A stretch of 63,583 bases of DNA, filler included, from Sphacelaria rigidula (Eukaryota), in NCBI GenBank assembly GCA_964200075.2. It is 8 parts of 8 records of this genome, joined end to end, with 100 filler letters (N's around TTAATTAATTAA, not from the genome) between each part and the next. Parts side by side here need not be neighbours in the genome. Positions count along the whole stretch, not along the records: positions 1 to 7,861 come from CAXNAA020013191.1; positions 7,962 to 15,822 come from CAXNAA020013192.1; 6 more parts are not named here. One strand, 5' to 3'. Positions 1 to 11,168 of the stretch are shown piece after piece. Within the stretch, counting starts at the first letter, position 1; every line of letters starts with the position of its first letter. The notes beneath the pieces were generated by a model, which saw nothing but the letters and a program-made list of their open reading frames with translations, had not been told where the DNA came from and ran no database searches. The translations under genes and the position numbers were made by a program.

Positions 1-634
1 TGACCATTGACCACGCATCCCTTTCGAGACGGAGCAAGGGGGGGGGGGGGGGGTGATGGCCGGGCGGGGGCGAAATGCCTCCGTCGGTGGGGGGTTTCGG
101 TACGGAGAAGGGCACCAGTGAGGTGTAGAGAAGTGGGGTGGAGGGTCAAGGAGTCGATCGTCTCCTACACGTCGACGTTGGTCTCGGTTGACAGATGCTC
201 CCATTCTCAACACGTCCTCGCGAGGAACTTCGACGAGTGGTGCTACGATAGGGTGCACAACTTCAGTTTAGAGGTTCGAACAGTTATTACAGGAGCCATC
301 AATAAAAAATGAAATATGTGAGAGCACGCCACGATTAGCATTCAAACGGGCTAGGAATATCCCTGATGGGTTTGAGATCAGAGAATGTCCTGGCCCATCA
401 TGTTGTAGGGGAACATTAGGAGCCCCTCAATGAGGAAGATCTGGGCCCAGCAATGCAACCCCTACTGTAGCAGGACTCCGACGTGAGAACTGTCATACCA
501 TGATCCGGGCCCAACAGTGTTAGTTTACGGTTCCAGGCGTCTAAATACGACTGCGTTATGTAGCTGAAGATGGGCTAAGACGCACATGAACTATTATGAC
601 ACCCGGTATTTCACAAATGCTGTACTATACTCAC

Positions 635-725
635 ATCAAAACAGAAGGAGTAGGAGCCGCAGTAGGTCAGGTCGATCTCGAATCGCGCGCCCGCCGAGGC
701 GCCCGTCCACTCCACAGGATAGTTA
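635..725 (-). CDS. Secreted Cys-rich protein, exon 2 (Kre9/KNH-like Ig-like domain start); gene runs off the contig
   Basis: TTTTTTGCAG acceptor, (S)NYPVEWTGASAGARFEIDLTYCGSYSFCFD, GTGAGT donor. Phase matches exon 1. P-x2-G...Y-x-V-x-W...F-x-I-x-L pattern. Domain name is by recall. Confidence 0.8.
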
Positions 726-971
726 CTGCAAAAAAAAGGATACACGATGCAGACAAAACTTCACATGGAGGCATTCAGCAGGAATCAAGTTGATCGTCAG
801 GAACATCCTGCACGGAGAAGGACGCACACTCCACACACGTTTGTACCCTCCTGTGTCCAGAGTTCTCTTCAAGCGAGAACGAGAGAGAGGTGTTCATGAA
901 GTCCACGTTGAGTCAAAGCTATCGACGTGAGTTAACGAAAAAGCAGTGATAGACCTCCCTTCTTGTCACAC

Positions 972-1204
972 TGAAATGCGTCGGTGAACCGCGTGCTTTT
1001 TGGACCGCATCGAAGTTGAACCCCCCCCTATGATAAAGATAGGGGCCGACACCCGTATGGTGGGAGCTAGGGCTAGGGTTAGCTTTAGGGTCAGGGGCGC
1101 CGTCCCTGCAGGGACAGGCCCAAACTGTCTTACAAAGCGTTGGCCACGCGGTATTTTGAACTCCGATGCGATCCAAAAAGCACGCGGTCCGCTCACGCAT
1201 TGCA
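972..1204 (-). mobile_element. TG...CA MITE with internal telomere-like repeats (copy 1)
   Basis: About 45-bp TIRs (TGAAATGCGT.../...ACGCATTGCA), 4-bp TSD ACAC/ATAC, internal CTAGGG-CTAGGG-TTAGCT-TTAGGG-TCAGGG. Confidence 0.8.
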
Positions 1205-1704
1205 ATACTTCAAACCCCTCCTCTCCCTGGGGACAAGCCCGCGGTCTCTCCGATGCCCGCCTATTTTCATCTCGTGGAATGGGTCAGCACTCCCGCTCAG
1301 TGTCAACTCAAACTCATAGTACATTGTAATACTTTTCATCTTCCCAAGTACACCAGTCATCGACGGTGGAACGGTGGATATCAAATGGTTCGAAGAACGC
1401 AACGCATCGAACCAACCTTCCATTTACTCTAATAGTGACAGTCGGGCCGTTATTAGACCGCCGGGGCGTTTTGGACACTGTCATCCCAGCAAAAACCATC
1501 TTGAGCGACGGCGAGCTGTCATGATCATGACACGCTATTTTTTTACGGCACTTGCTCTTTACGGTACTTGCGGACCCCTACCGTGGAATTAGTGCAAAGT
1601 AGATGTCGTCACTGCGTATTAAATAATGTCTGCTACATGTCGTATACAAGTGTTTCATGTGCGAGTCAACGGCCTCAAGTTGTTGGAACTTGCAGTCCTT
1701 GGTT

Positions 1705-1840
1705 GATGGTGACCCCGTGCTTGCGAAACCGCGTCGTACTTCAAAATCACCTCAGGATCGTCGTTGTTCGAAACCAATCGGCAAACTGGTCAACAAATAC
1801 CGAAAGTTGTGGACAGGCGTCCAGAATAGATATAATGGCA

Positions 1841-1893
<53 letters not shown>

Positions 1894-2029
1894 ACACACA
1901 AACAATCGGGACAGTCCCTGCGAGGACCATGCCCCTGACTGTGCTAACCCCAACACTAGCTCCAATCCTATCCATGAAGATGTTTGATTTCCGATGCCAT
2001 CCCCTAGACATGGGGTCCTCCTACACATG
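1705..2029 (+). mobile_element. Degenerate telomere-repeat MITE copy, interrupted by a (CA)n-tailed insertion (about 1782-1903)
   Basis: Matches ACCTCAGGATCG...AACCAATCGG...CAGTCCCTGC of the 8510 copy. The insert is flanked by AAAC(C)AATCGG direct repeats. Confidence 0.6.
1844..1900. repeat. (CA)n microsatellite
   Basis: Direct reading. Confidence 0.95.
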
Positions 2030-2524
2030 GGGGATAAACTACGGTGTTGTAGAGGGGTGGGGGTGCACGTAGGTTACCATTCTGTAGCATTTGAGCATAG
2101 CGGCTTGGGGGGTACTACAGTAGGAAGATCTCACTAGCGGTGGATAATGCCTCTTTGTCCCGTCGACAGATTTCGAAATCTCGATCAGAGTGTTACACAT
2201 GGGTACAGTACGTGACGAACCACGCGCACATCGTTGTTGGCTCACTCTCAGGTACCACAGTGGCAACACAGTAGGTACACGACTACTGGTGATGGGACTA
2301 CGCATATAAGGATGCGGCAACGAAATTAAGTGTGTATCATGGCCAATTGCTGAGCGGTGGGATGCATCTGTCCCTGAGTAATGGGCAGTACCAAGTAGCC
2401 CAGAAGTACAGCGCGACAGGGCACTGCCCACTGGAACTGCGCAACACCTCCACTTGCCTACAAATCCAAACATTTTCCTCGTGAAAAGAGCGCATTGCTA
2501 TCGCTGAGAAGATGGAAGCATCAC

Positions 2525-2646
2525 CTGCCGCCAATCACAGTCATGCCCTCTGAAGGCGTGACGATTCTCAGTGCCTGAGTCGTAGTGGCAGCGGCCAGCA
2601 TCCCAGCCAGCCCGGCCAACAGGGTAGCGCTTGATGAGAAGGCCAT
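2525..2646 (-). CDS. Secreted Cys-rich protein, exon 1 (signal peptide)
   Basis: ATG at 2646, MAFSSSATLLAGLAGMLAAATTTQALRIVTPSEGMTVIGG, then AG|GTGATG donor (phase 2). Hydrophobic signal peptide with TQA-L cleavage-like site. Confidence 0.8.
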
Positions 2647-3534
2647 TCTTTCGGGAACCTCAAGCGTAAGACACAGAATGTGATTCGCTGATGAACACCC
2701 TGGTGATATCTCCGAGGTCTTCGGTCTTCGGGTGCGGCGTAAGTTAGGGAAGAAGTAGATCTTGAGAGTGTGTTGTGGAAGGGGCTGGACTGGGAAGAGA
2801 TATGTAAGTGACGGTGCGGAGGTGATTGTGGTGTGTCCGGTGTGAGGTGGGGGGCGGGTAGGTCACTCTCGGCGGGTAACAAAGAACACGGTCGGATCGA
2901 CTTCCCCGTCACCCTGAATACCATTACCATTTGCAAGTTTGAAATCATGACCCCAAAGACCGTTCAAAACCCCGTTATACTATCATATAAAACAATGAAG
3001 AGCACAACCAAAATGATAGGGTCCCGCCCCTTCCCCTCAACCCACCGCGGAACTTCTACCTGACGCGGAGCTTGCTATTGCTCGATATTAGTCTTCTACC
3101 TGATGCGGAGCCACGTGCACAGCATACAAGCCAGCACCACTACTACACATATGGCCTCCTTCAATTGCACACGAGCCCCGTCAAGATGCATACTCGTACG
3201 AATGACCTGTCTTTCGCGAGACGGGCTCAAGACAACACAATCGTTTCCACGTCCTTTTTGCAGCGCAACATCCGTGGCGAGCATCCTGTCTGCCACCTTG
3301 CTCACATAACATGCGCTTCCAATGTCCGGCTCCGTCGGAGGGACGGATGTGGTTGCAGAGACGTGAGTGCACCAGATTTCCAATCCCACTTGCCCGTTGG
3401 TTGTCGGCTCGGTGCTGTCCACCGTACAGAGATGCACCTGTCCACATACTACATTTGTAGTTGAAACCAATATCGCTGTGAGACAGACACGAGACCACGC
3501 GTGGGTTGTCTTTGGTCCGTGCAGCCACGATACC

Positions 3535-3625
3535 TTGTTGTTGTCTTCACATTAAAAAAAACCGTTCCGATATCTGCGCGGTACATTGGTACTGGGCATC
3601 TTAGGCGGACGCCTTCCGTGGTCAC
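3535..3625 (-). mobile_element. 3' end of a (CAA)n-tailed retroelement
   Basis: CCGTTCCGATATCTGCGC...GCGGACGCCTTCCGT next to a (GTT)n run; also present at 59925-60060. Confidence 0.55.
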
Positions 3626-4460
3626 AGGCTAGCAGAAGAATCCAAAATAAAATAAAATAGATCCAGAATGAAAAACTCACAAAACTGGGGCGCACAATTA
3701 CGGATGAAATAATTAGATGTTTCCGAGGTCTAAATAACGACCTGGTCGGATAAAGATAGTCACCAACAACTACTGTCACCTCGTTCGTGACAGTCCCGGA
3801 AAAATTGCGCCGCTTCTCAGCAAGAGCGAGCACTCAGCACACACACCCGACGCACACACGCTTAGGCAATGACACACAGGCACCCTCAAGCACAAACACA
3901 CCCACGTACAAAAACATAGTTGAGCATTCCTGCCGCGCCTCGACATGCCAAGTCGCTGCAGTGCATCCATTTGGAGAAGAAGACCTCACTTGATACATTC
4001 AGTAGTCTGGCTACATGTGCACGCTTCCGAGTACTACAGTACAGTAGTAGTAGTTGCGCAGCACACACCCTGCTGCTGCAATTGCTATGCGAACGATGTA
4101 GCCCGAGGGCAGAGCGACACAGTCCGACACAGCTCGAGAGTCTATGCCAAGGCTGCATTATCACATCACAGCGAAATTGTGGTCTTGTACCCGAGAGAGG
4201 TTGGACATGGGTAGCAGCTTTGGGGTGTAGTTGAGTGGATTCCACGCTGTACTGGCGGGAAATCATACCGTTCTGGCGGGAAACTACGGCGATAACGGAA
4301 ACTCCGTCCTCCGAGGAGGAAGCGGGCTTGGTGCGGAGGAACTGGACGGGATGCCGTCGCCTCGGGTTTTTCGGTAAACACTCAACACGCGGGCTATAGC
4401 GCTCATCCTTCGGTAGTACGCTCTGTACAGTGTACAAAACGACCCTGTGCCTTCCACCAG

Positions 4461-5061
4461 GCTATCATATTGGTCGCGATTGGATTTGGTTGTTCTGAAC
4501 CGACACTGGTCGTTAGGGGCACCCCACGCGGCACTGCTGGATCGGAGGATGGGAGAAAACAGCGAACCAGACATACGGCTTCTTATATCGGGGAGGAGGA
4601 GGAGGTAGGCATGGAGGGAGTGCGGCCGATCAGACGTTTTATCGGCGGAGGTGGTGGCAGAGGCGGTCGCGATAGGAACGGCGGCCGAGGGGGAGGCGGT
4701 GGCGTACAGTCATGGTTATGTGCAAGGTGCAAGGTGCTGGACCAGGCATCACTCCATCCTACGAAGCGTTGTGTGTGCAACCGCCCCAGAGTACCCGAAG
4801 AAGAGCATGACCGTGGGGGTATGGGGGGTGGGGGGGGAGAACGCGGGGTGGTGGCGGCGGGAGCGGCCGTAGACGGGGGGTTATGGGCAGAGACGAGAGC
4901 GGGGACGGAGACGGGAGCGGGGGCGGGCGCAGTGGCAGCAGCGGTAGGGAGGGGTGGACACGGGAACGGGGGCGGCGGCGGCGACGGTGGCGACGGTCGG
5001 AGGGTGTATAACTCTATGATGTCTGCACCCGATGCTCCAGGGCCAAGGCTGAATGGAACTT
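4461..5061 (+). CDS. Probable host exon, Gly-rich with a RanBP2-like Zn-finger motif
   Basis: CCACCAG acceptor at 4460, open frame containing WLCARC...CVCNRPR, T|GTGAGT donor. A phase-compatible exon may follow from about 5934. Confidence 0.45.
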
Positions 5062-6339
5062 GTGAGTTTACGACAGCACTGTACAATTATGCGCGCTCTC
5101 TGCTTGTACTACGCTATAGGCGCCATCCGCGGTTAAGGGTCGCTTGCCTTGTCCAGCTGAAAAATAAACATCACGAGTCGCTTTTTGGTTCGTCCAGGAA
5201 AACCCTAAACCGTCGTCGAGCAAGGTTTACGTTAAAAAAATGGGTTCGGAATCGCCTCGAAAGGATTTGTTCACCGTGCTTATGAACTTTTCGTATCTTT
5301 CTCGGCAATCGATTCCGTTTCGCCGATTTGGGGAGGCAGGGGGGAAGGGCGTGCAGTATAATTTACGACGTTGTTGGAGCAGAAAAACAGCTTGGTTTGA
5401 CTTGAATATTTCTATGCAATAAAAGCTTCAACATGACCATCTGGGTTTGACCTGATCTTCAATTGCGAAAAGTACCGTCGTTGACGACATATCTAGAACA
5501 CAACTGAAACGACAATGAGACAAACAAGCGCGGGATTCGTTATCTCCGCCCACAAACTAGCCTACCGTAAGTGTTTTATTACATTTGCCTCTGAAACCCC
5601 TCAAGCGTCGTATGAAACGGTACACGTCAAATATCGGGTCGGGATCGCATCGAATTAATGTCTCCACCACGTTTCTTTGTCTTGTTTTTTTTAATGCTCC
5701 TTGGCAGTCGATGCTGTGTCGCCGACCGCTTCATTTGGGGGGGCACAGGCGTGTCGTTACCTGTTGATCCAAGGACTCCGAATCCCTTGACTTGAACTTT
5801 CCATTGGGAGTAAAAGCTCCAACATGATCGTCTTTGCTCGACTGTAGTAAATTTTCGCGATGCTTCGATCTCTCTGCTTATACCTGTCATTGTCTCTAAC
5901 CGAACGTCACTGCCCTGGCGTACTTGTTTGCAGTCACACAACCGAGGCAATGCTCGTGGATCTCTTCAAGCAACTCAAATCACGCTCAACCTCATGTACC
6001 GGAGGCAGCGAGGAGTGTTCGAAAAAACGTTTGGGACGCGGGTCTGCAGCGACATCGGATGCGGAAGGGATTTACACGTCGGACGGGAGTCAGATCGCAC
6101 ACATGCTTGTGTGGAGGGCGGAGGGCGGAGGGCGGAGGGCGCAGAATATGTTGTGGAAATAGTAAACCACTGGCTGGTGAGTCGCGTTTCGTTGTCTCTT
6201 GCGCTGTAATCGCTACAATTTGGGAAATATCGATCCACGAGCATGCATACAAGTGAGGGGTCTGTGTAACGCCTGCGATTCCAAGGAAACAATTGCCTGC
6301 CTGTAATCTTCTCAGTGTGACCCCACCCATGGTATAGTA

Positions 6340-6550
6340 CTGTAGTCAACCTTTTGAAAAAAGGAGACAAAGCTGACCGAGGGAATTATAGAGGGATAAC
6401 ACTACCGAGCACGGTAAGGAAAACATTCCGAAAGGTTCTGAACAATGGAGTAGGAACGATACTAGAAAAGGAAGAAAAAAACAGCGAGGGGGCAAGCAGG
6501 TCAGGTCCTCCAACGAATCGCGATCACTTTCACTTGAAACAATAGTACAC
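6340..6550 (+). mobile_element. LINE reverse transcriptase fragment
   Basis: KKGDKADRGNYRGITLPSTVRKTFRKVLN matches the non-LTR RT K-K-G-D...NYR-x-I-x-L motif; decayed. Confidence 0.85.
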
Positions 6551-6609
6551 AACTCAGAGCCAGCGAATGAACCAGGATACCAGGAGCCGAGTTTAAGTTA
6601 CCCCTATAA

Positions 6610-6795
6610 AGCCGGTAACGGTGAATAATGGTTTGGAACCATTATCCAATTTGTCCATACACACATCACTATTATTACTAAGGCTGTGAACTGGACCAGT
6701 TTGTACTGGCAGTTAAACTGGAACTGGAGTTTAACTGGAACTGGTGATGACGACTCCAGTTTATCCAGTTTATTTGAAGTTTGCCGTTACCGGCT
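6610..6795. mobile_element. MITE (about 186 bp)
   Basis: TIR AGCCGGTAACGG...CCGTTACCGGCT; internal AACTGG/CCAGTT repeats. Confidence 0.65.
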
Positions 6796-7861
6796 ATGTT
6801 TGTGCCATTTTTAGTATGGTGATATTATAACAAAAAAGATGCTTACATGACTACGAACAAAATGACAGTAGGATTTGGGTCTGCACCTGACAACAGTACG
6901 GGTACAGACAGTACAGTACAGTACTCGTGGTCACTACACCTCGAAGTGATATTGCGGATATATGCCAGGTTTGTCGTTTCATAGCACGAGATCTAGAAAC
7001 AAAAATAGCAAACAAACGGTGATTCGCGACCACAAAATACGAAGTACACCATGACTTGCAATTCAACTGCATGCGTGCTTGTGGTTCCGGACGTAAATCA
7101 TCTTGTGCTCTTAACCCGCGTGCTGCCAGCCTTGGCTTGTTTGCATCTTCCTCTCCTCACGGAGAATCTGCTGCTGCATATTACAGATGGATGGTTTTTG
7201 GATCGCTCACCGCTTTGAATGGGATTTGAATGTCATCCGAGAGTGCCGAAAAAACAGTCCGAGACCCTATGCCTCTTTTCTCAACCCTGGAGTTGTTCAC
7301 GGGGGGGGTTACTAAATCCCATACATGAATAAAAAATTAGAAAGAAGATATAAATAATAAAAAACTTGAAAAATACTTGATGTAAAAAATTAAAATTCGT
7401 GTTCATGAAGCTTTAATTCTTTGCATACCTTCGGAGCCAAGTAAGGCCAAGTTATCTTTATGGGTTTCGGCAATTTATTGCACGTCACACTTCCACGACA
7501 AGAACAAGACCAGACAAATACCACAATGCTCTGCAATGCTTGCTCAATCAAGCTAAACCTATCTATCGGCACCGTCAATTTGCGTCCAATGTGAGTCGTA
7601 TCTTGTGGTGGCAGATGGGGCCAACAATCATGGGCGCTACCTCACCCAAGTCTCCCCAAAATGGCTATTTATTGAGTGTTTCTCAATGTGAAAAAAAACA
7701 AAAATCTTACGACCGCCAGAGGAGGGAGGGGGAAGGGGGTTGTGTACTCATGATCATGCATGTCATAGTCATAAGACCATCGGGGAGGGAGGGCGGTGTA
7801 CATAGAGTCTCAGAGTTTTGGGGGGGGCACTCCTGTGTCATCTAAGACTTTCAGCTCCTCA

Positions 7862-7961
7862 NNNNNNNNNNNNNNNNNNNNNNNNNNNNNNNNNNNNNNN
7901 NNNNNTTAATTAATTAANNNNNNNNNNNNNNNNNNNNNNNNNNNNNNNNNNNNNNNNNNNN
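7862..7961. other. Artificial contig spacer
   Basis: N44-TTAATTAATTAA-N44. Identical spacers at 15823-15922, 23784-23883, 31744-31843, 39704-39803, 47664-47763 and 55624-55723. Confidence 0.98.
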
Positions 7962-8021
<60 letters not shown>

Positions 8022-8290
8022 GCTTTGGCCGCATTGTTCCCTGAAAATGGTCACTTCGAGACGCCGCTTTTGGTGGTGATGCATTCTTTAAATGGTCTTG
8101 ATGCAATGATCCTGACGCCGGTACGATAATCAACGACATGCTATTATAGAAGCTTGACAACATGTCGCCCTGTCAAAACGCACGGACCGAAGCGTATCAG
8201 TGTACTGTATCTCACGCTCATGAACCCGTTGTTCCGGGCAACAACGCCAACGCCCCCCCCCCCATCTCCCCCCCCCATCTCCCCCCCCCT

Positions 8291-8760
8291 CAAAAGGATG
8301 AAGCAGGTCATTAGAGGCTGCCCTTTATATGTTAGATAGTCAGTACGCTTGGGGGCGAAGAATCTTAGCAGGATGCAGCTCACCCCTTCACGCGACTCGC
8401 CGAACGCATCATGGCGCGTCGGGCTTGGTGATTGATTGCGAGCCTGGTCCGGCGAAAATCCGTCGTGCTCCTTCCCAGCTTTGTAGGGATGTGAGGTCGA
8501 TGGTCATATTGTAATGCGTGAGAGGACCGCGTGCTTAGAGGACCGCGCCGTAGACCAAAATACCTCAGGATCGACGTTTTCCAAAACCAATCGGGTCAGT
8601 CCCTGCAGGTACCACGCCCCTGACCCTAACCCCAACCCTAACCCTAACCCTAACCCTAACCCTAACCATTGGGGTGTTCAAATGCCGATGCGGTCCTCTA
8701 AGCACGCGATCCTCTCACGCATTACAATATGACCACATCATGCAACATCATGAGTACACC
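8291..8760 (+). mobile_element. C-tract-associated retro-repeat (SINE-like or LINE 3' part) ending CATGAGTACA+Cn; hosts a MITE
   Basis: Homologous copies at 9090-9279, 15923-15990, 31135-31358 (+) and 7740-7781, 23752-23783, 61980-62110, 62140-62188 (-). Confidence 0.75.
8510..8726 (+). mobile_element. TG...CA MITE with a (CCCTAA)n array
   Basis: TIR TGTAATGCGTGAGAGGA.../...TCCTCTCACGCATTACA, perfect ATAT TSD, about 7 telomeric units at 8623-8667. Confidence 0.9.
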
Positions 8761-10127
8761 CCTCCCCCCCTCCCCTCCTCTCAAGAGTTAGCGTCGGTTG
8801 GTAACAACGCTGTAAAACACGTGACTCACAGCGTAAATTGGACACCCAGGTTAGCGTTTTGGTGTCGCTTGCGTTTTTGAGGGTAACCGTGATGGTCGTC
8901 GAGAGAGATCAAGTTATGGGAGTAGAGAAACTCAAGGCCGCGCCCAGGGAATGGTCGTACTACGTAGTGCTCAAATGGTGAGACACCGAAGAGGTAGTGT
9001 AACCCATGGCTGCCTCTGGAAGTGGCCAAATCAGGATCTGAAGCATTTGTTTTCGAAGCTGTCATCCATACGCAAGATCAATAGCACGCTTCTGGCCGCA
9101 CAATCTGAGCAGGACGGAGCTCACCCCTCATGCGACTCGCCGCACTCATCACGACGCTTCGCGCTCGATGATCGAGTGCGAGCCTGGTCCGGGGAAAACC
9201 TGTCGTGCTCCGTCCCGGCTTTGTAAGGATGCGAGGCCAATGGTCCTATGACTACAGCATGCAAAATCATGAGTGCACCGCAGGTGGATGCTTGGAGGGT
9301 TAGTTCACCTGCGACACTCGATCAATGAATCAACCAACCGTTCGATCAATGTATCACAAGGGCAAGTGGGACAAACTCATCATGAAATGTTTCCCGCCTG
9401 ACTGGCGCACAGCAGTACCGCATGCTAGTCTTCTCTGAGCATTGTACGATGTTTTGGCCGGTTAAACTATTTTTTTCTATAAAATATATATTTGGCGGGG
9501 TGGGGAGGGGGGGGGATACTCTTCATCCAACACACTAGGATAGCGGACGTGGTTAGACTTCTGAGTATGAAGTTGTTAATTTGATACTAAACGCATGCTT
9601 CTGGAGTCGTCGTGGGGATTTTCGCTGTTTGCAAGATGTTTTGCATGAGATGACCGCGAACCAACAAGGGTCGGACAGTTTTGGCGATTACAAAATAAGA
9701 TATTGGACGGCTGAGTTTTCAAGTTGCCTGAAGACCACGCATGAATAAAGGTCATCTCGATAAGATGTATACTAGAATACTCTTGTCTACACCATCATCC
9801 ATGCGTGCCGTCATGTTGCGAATGTCGATTTTGTGTGTGTATGTATGTGTTTGTATATGTGTGTTTTCTTGTCGGGCATGATTACTAGTAACTGCTTGTT
9901 TCGACGGCAAAGATGTGATGACACCAAGAAGAGCATTGCGCGGTCAAAATAATGATGAAGAAAGTACCGCTTTACCGCGCACGTGCATGTTCATCTATTG
10001 AATCGACACCATGTGAACTCCAGAAAAATATGTGGCTGTCATATTCAATCGGCATCTGAAGAGGTCAAACGGGGTTCATTGATTGATACGCCTTACCACG
10101 GACTCTCGCACTCAACACGACCATTAC

Positions 10128-10269
10128 CTTGGCCGCTGCAGTAGTTCAACTCTCGACAGCCCGGTCCCACCGTTTGGGAAAACGTGAAGCTGCCCGTCGA
10201 GTTCCACGGGGGAAGGGAATCGGATTGCACGGAAATTGTGGAAGATGACGCATTTTCGCCGATTCCGCA
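10128..10269 (-). CDS. EGF-like domain protein, exon c
   Basis: AACAG acceptor, CGIGENASSSTISVQSDSLPPWNSTGSFTFSQTVGPGCRELNYCSGQG, GTAATG donor. C-x5-CSGxG is the start of an EGF/tenascin-type repeat. Confidence 0.7.
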
Positions 10270-10709
10270 CTGTTCCGAGCGAAAAATGGGAACACACGTA
10301 AACCAGCGAAAAACGAACGTGAAATGCAACCAACAGCGATTCCGAATTAATGGCCAGAAAAAGTACATTTTACAAGGGAAGCAGTCGAACTAGATAGCTA
10401 GCTAGGCAAAGGGTCACACCTGAATCATGGAGGAAGCTGACCCGTTTTCTTCAACTTTCCACGTCGAAAATTGATTCACAGACAGGAATGTAGGAATGTA
10501 CCGTGCAATAGTAGCAAGTGCTCAGGAAGGAACCTGCGACATCACCGTGGTCATGATCGCAGAAATGGCTGAACATGAAGATCGACCCATACGTGGAGTG
10601 ATGTCTCTTCCAGGGAAGGATGGTGCGCGGAGTGTGCTTTCAGTGCCTACAGCTTCTTGCTTTGTCCTGGAGCCACTCAGCAATAGCCCAACAAACTAGA
10701 GCACCGGCA

Positions 10710-11011
10710 TTACTACTACTATTTCTGCTGCTGCTACTGCCGCCGCCGCCGCCACCACCGATACAACAACAGTGGCAACACCTCCTCCTCCTCCTCCTCC
10801 TCCTCCTCCTACTACTACTACTACTACTACTGCTACTACTACTGCTACTACTACTACTACTACTTACCACTAGTACTACTACTAGTACTACTACTAGTAC
10901 TGCTACTACTAGTACTGCTACTACTACTACTACTACTACTCCTTACCACTAGTACTACTACTAGTACTACTACTACTACTGCTACTACTACTACTGCTAC
11001 TACTAATACTG

Positions 11012-11040
<29 letters not shown>
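10710..11040. repeat. Compound trinucleotide microsatellite (CTA/CTC/CTG/CCG)
   Basis: Direct reading; intronic. Confidence 0.95.
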
Positions 11041-11045
<5 letters not shown>

Positions 11046-11063
11046 AGTGCAGAACAGTCTTGC

Positions 11064-11168
11064 CTGGGAACGAATACCGTTGCTTCGGTAAACGACGACC
11101 TCGTGCCATGTTCCAGCAGACAAATCCGTCTTAGCCCTCAGCTGCAGTGTTGAATCCTCGAACCCCGG
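11064..11168 (-). CDS. EGF-like domain protein, exon b (GC donor)
   Basis: TACAG acceptor, PGFEDSTLQLRAKTDLSAGTWHEVVVYRSNGIRSQ, CAG|GCAAG donor; 105 bp. Confidence 0.65.

Noticed and set aside
2337-2460. Thioredoxin-like PVALYFWATWYCP on the minus strand
   Set aside because: No CxxC, stop soon after, and it lies inside the intron of the secreted-protein gene.
7906-7917. Recurrent TTAATTAATTAA motif as a biological site
   Set aside because: Synthetic linker inside the N spacers.
8623-8667. True telomere
   Set aside because: Short and internal to a TIR element with a TSD.
10620-11040. Poly-Leu/Thr/Ser ORFs
   Set aside because: Microsatellite translation artefacts; the same applies to 1844-1900, 18083-18801 and 59920-60141.
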